In this document: piece by piece, positions 31,201-43,265 of the stretch | Numbering within the stretch: the stretch's first letter is position 1 | How the letters are laid out: each line of letters starts with the position of its first letter | Origin: Paragordius varius | Lineage: Eukaryota > Animalia > Nematomorpha | Length of the DNA stretch: 64,000 bases | Reading direction: 5' to 3' | Assembly: GCA_964247055.1 (NCBI GenBank) | Contig: OZ176054.1 | Location: 3,720,001-3,784,000 of the forward strand | Made by a program: the position numbers and the translations under genes | Notes under the pieces: generated by a model | What the model was told of the DNA's origin: nothing | Seen by the model: the letters and a program-made list of their open reading frames with translations, nothing else | Database searches by the model: none

Positions 31201-31712
31201 AATCAACTTCAAAACCTTTGTCATCGTAAAAAACGGCATAACACCCTCCACAAGGGTATGGGACACAATGGGCTTTGGCATTCATTTTACATGATAATAA
31301 TTTACAGGGATTGAGATCACACTTCATCTCCTTGATTCCGATTGGACAATTCATATCTGTAAATAATATAATTAGATATTTGATACCCGGAAACCTTAAT
31401 ATTGGTCAATAAAAGGTAAAACGATAAATAAATACTAATTTCAATTTGTTCCTCATTGCAATCAACAACGTCTCCATTGTGGTCATAAAATTCGGGGAGG
31501 CAGTTGCCACATGTTTTCCGTCGACATTTGGCATGTGGATAAGCTTTACAATCTGCCTTTCGACACGGGTCCATTAAGCAAAACGACGGTTGAATCCCAT
31601 CAGGACAAGTTACGCCACCAATTATACGAATATTGACTATGATTTCAAATGAATACATATGCACGCAGAAGAAGTCATAATTCAAAATATAAACTATTAT
31701 AAATCCCCTCAC
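21847..31712 (-). CDS. Probable secreted mucin-like protein with three 8-Cys modules; exons about 31712-31436, 31356-30835, 30759-30657, 30420-30026, 29108-28578, 28100-27736, 25740-25575, 25098-24886, 21926-21847; 5' start uncertain
   Basis: Six ORF-track fragments plus three small exons join with consistent phases. Repeated module CPxGx5Cx3-4(P)Cx4Cx7Cx4CG(G/N)Cx13C occurs three times, separated by Thr/Lys-rich and Pro/Gly-rich tracts. Last exon encodes TPPPTPEVTQADYW...SNQ*. Confidence 0.78.
22536..24214 (+). mobile_element. Non-autonomous hAT element (deletion derivative), 1679 bp
   Basis: Perfect 14-bp TIRs CAGTGGCGAAACTA/TAGTTTCGCCACTG; 8-bp TSD ATGGTGCC/ATAGTGCC; contains a hAT dimerisation-domain remnant. 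Confidence 0.92.
23717..23895 (+). pseudogene. hAT transposase C-terminal dimerisation domain remnant
   Basis: AERSSLKLKIIKNYFRSTMAGKRLSNLSLLVIE matches the hAT motif ERSFSKLKLIKNYLRSTMxQxRLxxLALLSIE; frameshift before AHAKLRKRNF. Confidence 0.85.
25888..26469 (+). mobile_element. hAT-type MITE, 582 bp (TIR TAATGTGACCAGATA)
   Basis: Inverted ends (G)AATGTGACCAGATA and TATCTGGTCACATTA; TSD CTGTATGA/CAGTATGA; homologous to 47935-49914. Confidence 0.85.
26645..27277. mobile_element. hAT-type MITE, 633 bp (TIR TAGGGTTGTGC) with subterminal GGTCA/TGACC arrays
   Basis: TAGGGTTGTGC and GCACAACCCTA inverted ends; degenerate TSD ATACTTAT/ATATTTAC. Confidence 0.75.
29170..29700. repeat. Dispersed MITE-like repeat with inverted GGGGTWGTTTTATATCCC subterminal motifs
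   Basis: Motif at about 29223 and its reverse complement at about 29678; homologous to 42540-43055, fragment at about 46200-46330. Confidence 0.7.
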
Positions 31713-34700
31713 AAAAGTAGAATCGAAAAACCACTGTTACGAAGCTCTTTAAGAGCGTCCTCTAAATCGGGTGATAAAAAGGGAATATATTTTCATCAAC
31801 ATTTATTAAATGTTGTGTTTAATAAAAATAATTCTTGACTGCTTAACCAAAAAAGCCATGGTAAGGCTTAATGTTTCAAAGAAAAACATAAAAAAACACA
31901 TTTCTCAAAATATTTTACGCTTATTATAGATAATAAATATAAAAATTTGTGTAAAGCGCTATGGTACCTATAACTAACAAAAAAGTTTTCTTTCTGGTTA
32001 TTAGCAAAACGGTTTAGATTAGATAATTATATCTTTGCTTCATTTAATTCCTTAATTTTGATGTAAACAGATTTAGGCATGACCTTTGTCGTATTAAACG
32101 GTCATACTTAATTGCTCATTTTTCTACCATAACCTCACTAACAATTGCTATCCGATAAATATAATAAATGATATTAAAATATGGAAAATGACCATTTTCG
32201 TTTAAATATTTTTTTGTTAATATTATAAAAAGTGATTAAATATAACTAATACTTTTTTTGGTCAAGGAATTAGGTCCCTGGAATGTTCTGTGAAATTCAT
32301 TTATAAAAATTAAGCCAAGAATAAAGATTGTATTGTAATATTGCATTTATATCCGATTGTCTGTATAAACGGTATAGAATTTTGTTGGAGGTAAGGAGAC
32401 TATAAATGATACTTAAACACACAATAATAATCAACTCTTTCTCTCAGATGTGCTTAGATATATTTCTGAACGGAAAAATAAATTTATTTATTTATTTATT
32501 TAGTTTTTTTTACCGAATTATAGGAATGCAGCAGTTAGATTTTACGGTAGGTAATACAGAATGGTAAAAAAGTAAATATAAATTGAAAAGAATTACATAT
32601 CTACTCTCATGTATATAACCTAAAGAGTTATGACATATCAGTGACATGGAATATATATTTTATATTATATTTTCTTATTATTTATTATAATAAGTTACGA
32701 TTTAGTACTTAATATTTTATCTTTTGAACCATCTAACCTGAGAAATATTGCAAACTCTATGTATATGTATATAATTTTTTTAATATTTTTATCTCTTGTT
32801 ATTATTAATTTTATTTGATCAATAAAGACAATAAAATGCTTGCTTTAAAGAGGAATTAAGGTTATAGTTGATAAACTGTTAGAAATATGTTTTTATAACT
32901 CAACTTTATATAAATTAAGCATTTGTTTGAGAATATTATATTTATATGTATAGGTAAAATAATTGAAAGTTGTAATATAAATGCAATGGAAGAAATATAT
33001 ATTCGGAAGAGCTGTTACCAACTAGTACTGAAATAAAAACGAATAACAAATCTTACATCTTTTTATGTATGCTATACATATTATTTTATATTAAACCCTA
33101 AAATATTTAACGTAAAAATAAAAACTATTAAAGTAAGCAAATTTCAACCAGCTACAAATAAACTAAATATTCCACAGCGAACTCAGCAACAATTTACCAA
33201 AAATTTTATATATACTGCATTCCCTCTAATATTAATTTTAAAGAAACCCAATAAAAATTTGAATAAATATATGAAGGTATCTGTTTTGAGAAAAAACAGT
33301 TATCTATAGAATAAATTAGATTACAATAGGAAGAGAATGACAAAGCATAATATAATCTTTTATATGTGTCACAGAATATGTAAAGGTATTTATTTAAGCA
33401 TGACAAATAAGGTCAAGTAACTCTAATACCTTTGTAAAATATTATAATACATTCTTATCAATCGTATTTTGAGTTGTCTCAATTTTTACCTAAAAATATG
33501 AATTTCAAAAATCAATATCCTAAATCTGTTATAAATATACACACAGAGGACAAAATCGGGGGGTGTTATAAAAATTTACCCATAAAAAATATAATTTTGA
33601 TAAAAAATACATCAGAATTCTTACGATGCTTAGAGTTTTGGTTAATCATTTAAGAAAAATATTTACACATTCGTGTTGCTTTATATAAAAAAAATCGCAA
33701 GATTAGCGCCTTTGCAAAATACAATTTTGTGAAAGCTAAATGCTTATTTTATAATATAATATAAAAAAATATTATAAACTATATTTAATAGCAAAATTAT
33801 TTACATTTGATTTAATTGGATGTGAGTCGAAGTCTAATTTTTGGCCCCTCTAAAGCGGGCCATTTTTTATATAAGCTTAAAAATGCCGAATTTTCGCCTT
33901 TTTATGACTTGTTTTTCAAAAAATGCACATTTTATTCAAAAATTTTATGTTCAGAGATATTTTGTTGAAGTTATTTTATGGTATATTTAAGCATGATTTG
34001 GTTTAAAAACACCCAAAGATATTATAATTACCACCTTCTCTATATTCAATGATACTGAAGATTTTTATTATATTAAATTTAATCTATAAATGGTATATTT
34101 CACATAATATCTACTTTGATTTCAATTTAAACAAATCTTTTAATCAAATTATAAAATGATATAAATGTTAAGCGCCATCAAATTCTATATAAAATTTTTT
34201 TATAAATCTTAGTCCCCTTTTATCAAGAGGAAAGATTTGGACTAAAAATTTATATCACGTATAAATCTCATATCAGACGAAGTGGTTTAAAAATACTGAT
34301 AATTAGATGGAAACTGCTTAAACGGTATCCAATGTCTAAAACTTGGCTAAATAGCGTTTTCTCAAACACAATTTAAAGTTACTTGTTATCGATGTCTACG
34401 AAATTGCGATTACTAAGATGTAGGATCCTCCGAGTTACAGTTGGTTCTGAATATTAGACCGAAAATGCTAATATTGATGCTTCCTTTAGCATGGTCAAAT
34501 TTTAAATATAAAATGGTCTGATATAATACCGTGAATAAAATTAAAAATCTTAATTTAATATGGTGTATAATAAATCAAATGGGTTTAATAGGTCACAATT
34601 TAATAAACAATCCTTTTTCTCCATGTGGGAACTGGGGAACCAAAGATTTGCCAAAGAGCTGGTATATGTATTTTATCTATAACCTTTTAAGCCAATGTAT

Positions 34701-35509
34701 TCAAACCACGGGCAGCATGCGGCCCTAAAAGCGTTATGGCCTTGAAATTACAGATTTATTTTTTGGATCGCTTAGTAAAATATAATTTACATATTTTAAC
34801 TTTTTTCGATATTTATTTTTTTAGTACTTAAGATCCCGTTTGATTTGGTATAAAATTATAGAAATTTATAGATGAATACCGGCTTTTTTCATAAATAAAT
34901 ATGTTTCGGGTGGACCATACCCTCTTGTTCAAAATTTATCGATCATAAAATATAAGATGTAATCAAGTTATCCTTATTGTTTTGTCAAAATTATCGAAGC
35001 GGCATTTTTATAACTTAATATGTTAATAGATATATTTATATGACATTAGATTGGCTAGAACCAGTTGTTATTATTGCTCGTACTTCTTGGGGGGGGGGGG
35101 AATTTTTTTGCCTTTTTACGCGATCTGCACTCCTAATTAAGTTATTATGATCTCATAATTTTGTCGAAAAATAGCCTTGAAAACATATTATTGAGCGGGT
35201 TTAATGGTATAAAGGCTTCAAGCACACCAAATTTAAACAATATTGACAAAAAAATAATTATTCAGCAATGATCTTAGTATAAAACAACATAACAATTATT
35301 GGGTGAAACCTGCAAAAAAGCTTTATTTTTGACATCGGGCTTATAAATAAAAAAGACATGTATATTTTCGTCCTTATGGAGTAAAGAGGTTTGACTTACA
35401 CACATTTAAGTAAAATTCCTAATGCATAACCTGAGATGCTGTTAATCATTGTAATGAGTGTAATTTGTCTTTATGATTTGGAATCATCTTTGATACCATG
35501 GTCTCATGG

Positions 35510-36480
35510 GTTATTCGAAAAATATCTCAATACTAAATAGTCGTTTAATGATGGCGTATTTTTAGGGCATAAAGGCCCCAAATTAACGGCCAATAATAAA
35601 AACGCCTGACGTATTTCAAGCTTTTAATGAACTCATATGGCTTCATAAATTTTCTGTAAATTAGCTACAAAACAACGCAATTTCTATATAGTGGCGCAGA
35701 TTTTGGCGGGTAGCCCCCTACCCAGAAACCAATATAAAAAACGTGCTATAAAAAATTTTGCCTTTTAGGGAGTATCTGGAATCATCATTCATTACATATG
35801 TTCTTTATAGTATTTGTAAGAAGGGCTTCAAAACTAAATAACAGTTTAATGATAGTGCATTTTTAGAGCATAAAGAATAATTAACGGCTAATATAAAAAA
35901 CCGCTTGACTTAAATTTTTGCCTTTTTACCGGCAATATTTCAAGATCTTATTAAACTTATATGCCTGATAAGTTTTCTTACAATTAACTCCTAAACAACG
36001 TAATTTCGATATGGGCGCAGTTTTAGGCGGGTAGATCCCTACCCAGAGACTGATACAAAAAAAGCGCTTGATTAAAATTTTTGCCATTTTACGGTGAATA
36101 TCTAAAACCATGATTGATTTCATATTCTCTCATTAGTTTTTATAAAAATTGCCTTACTGAAAAATCATATGGTGGCGCCTTTTTCAGGGCGTAATTAATG
36201 GCTAATTTTGAAAAACCGTATGACCTAAATTTTTGCCTTGTTACGGGTAATATTTTAAGCACCTATTGAACTCATATGGTCTGGGGCTGAAAATTAGCCC
36301 CAAAGAAAAGCTATTTCGATATGATGGGGCAATTTTTAGCGGGCATTTCCTTACCCAGCAGCCAATATAAAAAAAAACGCACGACCAAAATTTATGCCTT
36401 TTAACAGAAAATACCCGGATTCTTCATTGAATTTTTACGGTCTCATACCTTGGGCGAAAAATAGATTCTTAAAAAATGGC
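35510..36480. repeat. Diverged tandem array, about 3 units of 315-320 bp
   Basis: Anchor GCGGG...CCTACCCAG...AATATAAAAAACG recurs at about 35706, 36027 and 36339; AAATTTTTGCCTT recurs about twice per unit. Confidence 0.75.
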
Positions 36481-39135
36481 ACTTTACGGGGGAAGCGGAT
36501 AAAAAGAGGGCCTGAATTTAAAAAGCGAGCCTTCGGTTAAATCGAAAAAAAGTAAAAATAATCATATTTCGAATGGACCAACACGTGTCCCGGAAAATTC
36601 CTCAAATATACAATTTTTGTGGACTTATGTTTTCTAAAAACGTTTTTTACACGGCGTGGGCACGAACTGGGAGCCTAATTCAAAAAAGGGCGAAGTCTGT
36701 CGGGGCATTCATTAGTGCATTTGGATTTGAATGGGTCTACTCGTTTTCCGGAAATAAATCACAAAGCCAGCATTTTCCATTTTTATAAATATATAAATTA
36801 TTAAAATAGACTCATTTTTCAGAAGATATTAACCCTGTGTCCTGATTTACTAAATATTTGCATATGAAGCTATGCAATATATGTCGGTATTATGCTGTTA
36901 CAAAAAAAATCATTCAATTCGGCTCAAAAGATTTTGGTAAGTACCATTCTTTTAAGGCTTGTAGTAAGACACTTAATATTTTTTTTATTTGTAAAGGACC
37001 TAATCATTCTTTAATAATTTCTAAATTTTTGACAAAAGGCGTTTTTTTGTAAGTTTATTATAGTTTAAATCATATACCATAATAGATTCTAATATTTTTA
37101 ATAATTTTGCTGGTAAATTTATAAGAAATTGTTATGCCTAGGTATGCATGTAAGGCTTGAAATCTTTGACAAACTTTGAAAAATAACGGCGGCTAAATAC
37201 GATAAGCATAGTAGACCGAAAATTTTGCAATAATTTAAAAATCAAAATTTAGTTGCCCCTAGAAGTATCTTTTTAAAATTTCCTTAAGAGTTTTCATTAG
37301 GCATTATTATTTATAATTATATAATGAAAACTTTAAGGTTTAACTTCATGTTTTAAAGCCCAATTTTTTAATACCTTTCGAAAATGAGTCAAACATACAA
37401 ACAGACCAATAAATTTAATATAAACTTAATATTTTATTGCAAAATATTTAAATTTCAATTACGTGATAGTTACTTTTTTTATTGAATATATTATTTGTAT
37501 ACCATAATAATTTATATCATCATTTATTAGAATTTAAATACAAAACAATTCCCGGGCATTACTGGTTTTATTGGATCAATGAGGTTTGTTTATGTGTAGG
37601 CGGAAAAAAACAATTTTAATTTTATTATTGTGATGGGTTAGGTTGTTATCACAAGCCAAGGAATGATAATCATTATTATCATCTACGCATCTCTTTAGTT
37701 ATTATTATCAAAATCAGGAATTAGTTAGAGGCTAAGACAGGTGATATTATCGGTGAGCTAGGTTACATGATATTAATTTATATAGTTTAATACACGTGAT
37801 AGTAAGTATTTCGTTTAAATTTATTCTTTTAAAATGCGTTCATGAAGATTGTGAGAGCCCATTGTTTTATTCCAATAGCGTTTAAGCGTTTCTTTATCCT
37901 GACCGTGATGTAAAAATAAATATTTCATCTGTGTGATAACTTCGTATGGTTTTTCATGCGTTTGCTGTGTTTGAGAATCATTGCAACCTAAAATGAATCC
38001 CGTTAGTTACAATGAGACATATATAGGAATTGTTAAATTTAATTTGTAAAATTTAATATTTTTATTAACGCTAAATTATTTTCTCCATGTGGATATTTTT
38101 ATATACAAAACGCTATATGATATAATCATTTTCTCGCGAATTCAAGATTATCGTAAAATGATTAACCTTAATAATAACGAAGTTGAATGTTAAAGAATAT
38201 ACACTATAAGTTTTCTTTGCCGAAATTTTAGATTTTTGGCGATCATTCGGGCATTAAAGCACATGATGTAGATATCAATCTTAAATTTATGGTGGATTCG
38301 TGATAAGTAAGTAAAAGAAAACCATATCAACAATCTAATCTCAAATTTAAGGGTCCTATATTTATGTGTAGACATGATATAAGGAGATGAGAAAGCCCTT
38401 TCATACCGTAGTCGGGCCCAATCTACCTCTATGAAAACCCGCAGTTCAACTACTGCCACGTGTTATAACATGGTATCCTCAACAAAAGACTATCTCGTAT
38501 TAAATATATTTATATGGCGAAAATCATAAAATTTTTGTTTAATTATTTTACATTAGACTCTAAAATAAGAATTACCCAGTGTAAGTTTTCTTTAAATGTT
38601 GCCGTCTTATAGAAATTTTTGTCCATTAACACGGCATGTTTTAAGTTTATGAAACTCATAAATAAAGGTCCTGCCTTAGTTAACAGATGCTAAATTATAT
38701 TTTAAAGTATTTAAAATTTTTAATATTTGATAGTAGAAAAAATATAAAATACAGTACACCCGTATGATTTATCTTTCGCAATTAACACTTCATTACCTTT
38801 TGATTTTTATATTTTAATGGTAAATGAAATCCTGAGTCTAATTTGAATATTAAACCAAAAAATATTTGGAATAAAATATGATTTTGAAATATTACTATTA
38901 TATCTTAAATAAAAAGCATCTACTTTTTTAATCTTGTGAGTTTTAAATCTAAAATTAAGAGAGAACTATCATTAATACAATCTAATTTTAAAATTGAGAG
39001 TTATCAAAAACTCGCTGTGAAAGGCTACTGATTATAACAATTAGCCTTTTAAAACTAATTAATTATTCTTTAAATCTATGCGTTTTGTATTTCAACCATT
39101 AAATCAACAAATTTCAGCGGCTTTTGATATGCGAA

Positions 39136-39313
39136 CAGTGGCGAGCGAGGATATGCGGCGCCCGATGTTTAAAATCTTAATGGAGTCACCTGGTTTTTAA
39201 AGCCAAAATTTCAGATTAGTCTTGAAAAAATGTAAAAAATTCGATTTGACGCCCGTATATCTATTGCGCCCGGTGCATGTATCCCACCCTTTACCGCCTT
39301 ACTAAGCCTTTAG
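39136..39313. mobile_element. Degenerate hAT-like MITE remnant
   Basis: Starts CAGTGGCG and has GC-rich GCGCCCG subterminal motifs like the 8300/51481 family; TSD not recognisable. Confidence 0.4.
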
Positions 39314-40141
39314 ATTAAAATTTCTATTTTAAATTTTTCCAATAATTTTTTGCAGAATAGATTGCATATTTTTAAATTTGATCTAATATCATTGAAAAAT
39401 TTTTAGCTATTTAAATTATCGAGTTGGTGCAAAAATTATCCCATAAGCTATCAAAGTTTTGAAGGATGGAAAATTACAGGATATTATATATGATTAGATA
39501 TACTTTTTAATTATGCGCTAGTGTGTCGGGTTATGACTCGTGCTTTAATAGTAATTTAAATCTGTCCTCCTAACTTTCTTTTTAATCTTTGATGATTCCC
39601 TATGACTTTTATATTTTTATTTTTATATTAATGTTTAAAATTATCTAATAATTATCATCATTTTGGATTCATTCTCGTATACATACAATACCCAATTCAA
39701 ACTCACCTATTGCTATAATTATACTTATAACACACCATTTTCTATTGCAAACAAACTAATTAATCAGACCCTAATGCAAATATATTTTTTCTCAAAATAA
39801 CTAACTAAACGAATAATATATATTTTAAATTCACAACGAACCTTTTAAATATGCAAGCAAGAAAAGTGAATGTTTAATTCATAATACTTGTTTTCCGTAA
39901 GCCAATATGACTTGTTAAACCAATAATATGGCGTGTTTTTGTATCAAAATTTCTAATGATTAACTTAGAATAAGGGGTGTATTTAAAAATCGGAAAATTC
40001 CATGATGATCAACAAGAGATTAGTTGTCGTTAATAAAGCTCAGGCGTGGGGAAATCCATACTTTTTATCATGTTAATCATAGCTTTTCCCATGATGGTTT
40101 ATTAGCGCCATAAAGAGTTATTATATATACACATATTTTAG

Positions 40142-41503
40142 TCAAAATAATAAAGGGGTATTACTTGTTTTAACGATCGCATCATCTTTAATCCATTGTT
40201 CCAATGGCTGAGCGGATATTTCGACAGTATGATCTATGTTTATCATAAGTAATCCTGCCATTCTAGCCAATTTGCCTGTCATGTGTGCGTCATCAATATA
40301 AAAGTACGGTTGTGTAAAATATGCCTTATATAGTTTAAAGGCAACCGGAGGAGTTAATATGATAGACCAACCAGAACAGTACGGCTCCAAATAATTCCCC
40401 GGATACTCTTGTTCTGAGAGATACCATTTTGAACTTTTGTCTCTATAAAGTCGAGAATGAATTTTCATAGGGCACAAAATAATATCATTTAGATATGGTG
40501 GATTGGTTTCAAACAACAAAGTATATTCTTTATATAACTCGGGATCTGTATTTAACATGGTAAACTTTTTTGCATCACAAGTCCCATTTTCACCGTCCAC
40601 AATATGCATGGCAAATGATTTTGAATCGCTTGATAAAGAATTATTACTGTTTTCTCTATTTTTCTCGATAGATGATTTAACTTTGAGATCAAATAATTGA
40701 TTCATATGATTACCATCAACAATGTAAGAAAATTTGCCCATATTCCACACTTCAGTTTGATTATATTTGTATGGAAAAATGTGAGAGGTTGGTCTTAAAA
40801 TATCCCAATTTTCGCGCAAAAACTTACCATATCGCTTTTGAAAGTTAGTTAGAGAAGTAATGACTTGGTATATATCAATAAAAATATCATCATCCACTTT
40901 CAATACATATTCAGCATGGGCACAATAATGCGATATCCATTTGTAACCCATTGCCATTTTGTAGGTTAAATTATTGTAAGCATCATGAAAAGTAAATTGA
41001 ACCACATCTCCATATGTGTCACTTTCATTTCTTATATGTGTTTGGACCCTGGTTTCATTTGTTTCACCTAAAATAAAGACTAGACGGAGATGTAAATTGA
41101 AGTATTCTTTGACGGAACCCCAAGTTTCACGGATAGCTTCTCTGAGTTCAAAATGCTTTGGAGCTGAATGAACCATTATAATGATAAATAAGTTAAGGGG
41201 TGTTGTAATAATATGTCTTTGACGGCTATCGATTGTAGTGTTAAAGCAAATCCCCTTCGGATTTATAATGTAATCAAAATCTTGGGGTAGGGCAGATATG
41301 TTGGTTGATTTATCAATGAAGATTCCATTGATTAATGTATAATTTCCTTTAAAGTTCCTCAAACATTTTGCATGAGTAACTTGATCGTTGTCAATTATGA
41401 TTATGGATGGGTTATCATTATGAAATGATTTATATGTGATAAATCCAATAATTCCGAAAACCAAAAGAAATGAAATTTTGCGCGTCAAATATCTAAATAC
41501 CAT
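40142..41503 (-). CDS. GT31 beta-1,3-galactosyltransferase-family enzyme, uninterrupted 453-aa ORF, type II membrane
   Basis: N-terminal TM (ISFLLVFGIIGFITY); MVHSAP...REAIRETWG, VFILG, ESDTYGD, DAYNNLTYK, LKVDDD, SKWY...Y, PYCSG, IDDAHMTG motifs. Confidence 0.93.
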   Translation of the reverse strand: MVFRYLTRKISFLLVFGIIGFITYKSFHNDNPSIIIIDNDQVTHAKCLRNFKGNYTLINGIFIDKSTNISALPQDFDYIINPKGICFNTTIDSRQRHIITTPLNLFIIIMVHSAPKHFELREAIRETWGSVKEYFNLHLRLVFILGETNETRVQTHIRNESDTYGDVVQFTFHDAYNNLTYKMAMGYKWISHYCAHAEYVLKVDDDIFIDIYQVITSLTNFQKRYGKFLRENWDILRPTSHIFPYKYNQTEVWNMGKFSYIVDGNHMNQLFDLKVKSSIEKNRENSNNSLSSDSKSFAMHIVDGENGTCDAKKFTMLNTDPELYKEYTLLFETNPPYLNDIILCPMKIHSRLYRDKSSKWYLSEQEYPGNYLEPYCSGWSIILTPPVAFKLYKAYFTQPYFYIDDAHMTGKLARMAGLLMINIDHTVEISAQPLEQWIKDDAIVKTSNTPLLF

Positions 41504-42249
41504 AATTAAAACTTCAATATAATTCTGATGAAAGAAAATATTTATTTTAAATTCGATTATAAGGGTGTGTCAAGGTTAAATTCGAAAAATTGTACTATAG
41601 ATGGTTACGGATTGTCTTGGCTAGATACTCTATAAATAACCTTGTAAAAATGGTAGCGTTATAAAATAAATAATAAATTGGTTTCTTTTTCTGTGGGTAA
41701 GGTCAGCTAAATTTATTTCACCTCTAAATTTTAGTGATAAATTTTATGGTGTTTAAAATTGGTGGTAAACACAAATAATTTTTATGCTTTGATATCTGAA
41801 ACAAAAAGGGCCCCCACATGAAAAATTCAAGTGTAAAACAGTAGAACTCAAATCGCTAATTTATGTGCAATAACAAATTAGGATTGCTATGCCAACAGAA
41901 CTTTTGAAATAAATTATATAAAGGCAACACATTTTATTGATCTACTAAAGAATTAAATTTGCTGCCTATTAAGTGTGAAATCGTTTTAAAATGAGATTGA
42001 TACGTCAGTATTTTATCTGGAAATAGTTAAAAAGGACTTGGGTGTACGGGTATAAGGGTAGAGGTTATCTCAACCATATGGCAAGGCATAGTTAAGGTAA
42101 AAAACTTGTGGATGTTTTTTTATAAAGTATTAATCAGACATTTAATACAAATTAAAAGCTTCCCATTATAAGAGGATAACTTATCTTAAATTTTATAGGA
42201 TCTGAAATAAAAAAATCATGATAGGCATGAAATGGTGGATTTAGCACTT

Positions 42250-43265
42250 AATGGGTAGTTTTATATCCCAGAGCGATTTTAAATTTAAATATATTAAAAA
42301 GTATTTAAGTAATAGGCTAAATTTAAAAATATGCTTTTTAGCCTTTTAATTACAAAAAAATTGTAAAAATCCCAACAAACTGCTTCGACGCCATTATTTT
42401 TTCTCAATTTTTTTAAATCGCTAATACAATAGGCACATTCATGTGCATCATGGTTAAAAAAGGTAATGGATTAACTTAACAAGTGAGGTAGCATTTACAA
42501 GTAAAAACTTGATATTTTATAATTGTAAAATCAAGTGTTTAACACTTCATTACCTTTTCACTTTTTGTTTTAGCATACCTTTTGAGGTTGTTTTATATCC
42601 AAAAGCTCAATTTTATAAATAAACTACTGTTTTGAAAGTTTTTAAAGTTAAAATAATTCTCAAACATTGTTTTCATTATTAGATAAAAAAAGCTTAAATT
42701 TTTTACAATTTTGTGATTTCTAGAACCTAAAATTGGGACAGCTCCAAAACACGATTGAAACGAGCATTGAAATTAAAATAAAAACATATCAAGTTTTTGC
42801 TGCTAAAATGTCGCAGGAAAGCTTTAATTGTTTATTTTTTCTAACATAATATACATTATTTGCCTGTTGCATTGGCGATTTAAAAAAAATTATAGGATAA
42901 AAATGGCGCCAAACAAGTTTGAGATGAAGATTTTTTTATAATTTTACAATTTTTTAACAAATTTTTTTGTATAATGCCCCTAAAAACTAACGTAAGCATA
43001 TTTTTAAATTCGGCTTAATACCTTTAATACTTTTTGAGATATAAAACTAGTATGAATCGTGTTGGGAGCTGTCCCTATTTTAGTCTCTAGAAATTCAAAA
43101 CTATAAAAAATATAAGCTTTTTCATTTGGTACAAGAAAACAATGTTTGATAATTGAGTTTTATCCAAAATAGATTTTGAAACAGCAGTTTCTTTACAAGA
43201 TTGAGCTTTAGGATATAAAACTACCCCAATATGTCAGAGCGGACAAAATTGAAAAGTCAATACTT
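42250..43265. repeat. Cluster of MITE-like copies in alternating orientation (double fold-back)
   Basis: 42250-42445 is the reverse complement of 42860-43055; 43055-43265 is the reverse complement of about 42560-42760; same family as 29170-29700. Confidence 0.75.

Noticed and set aside
31855-33060. Scattered splice-like signals on + (GCCATG|GTAAGG at about 31860, GAG|GTAAGG at about 32390, possible last exon at about 32954-33034)
   Set aside because: Could not be joined into a coherent reading frame; may be UTR/lncRNA exons or chance. Needs RNA-seq.
38190-38459. 89-aa minus-strand ORF
   Set aside because: Non-ATG start, no recognisable motif, no consistent splice partners found.
39515-39545. 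CTAG plus imperfect hairpin resembling a Helitron terminus
   Set aside because: Single weak match, no second end or other copy identified.
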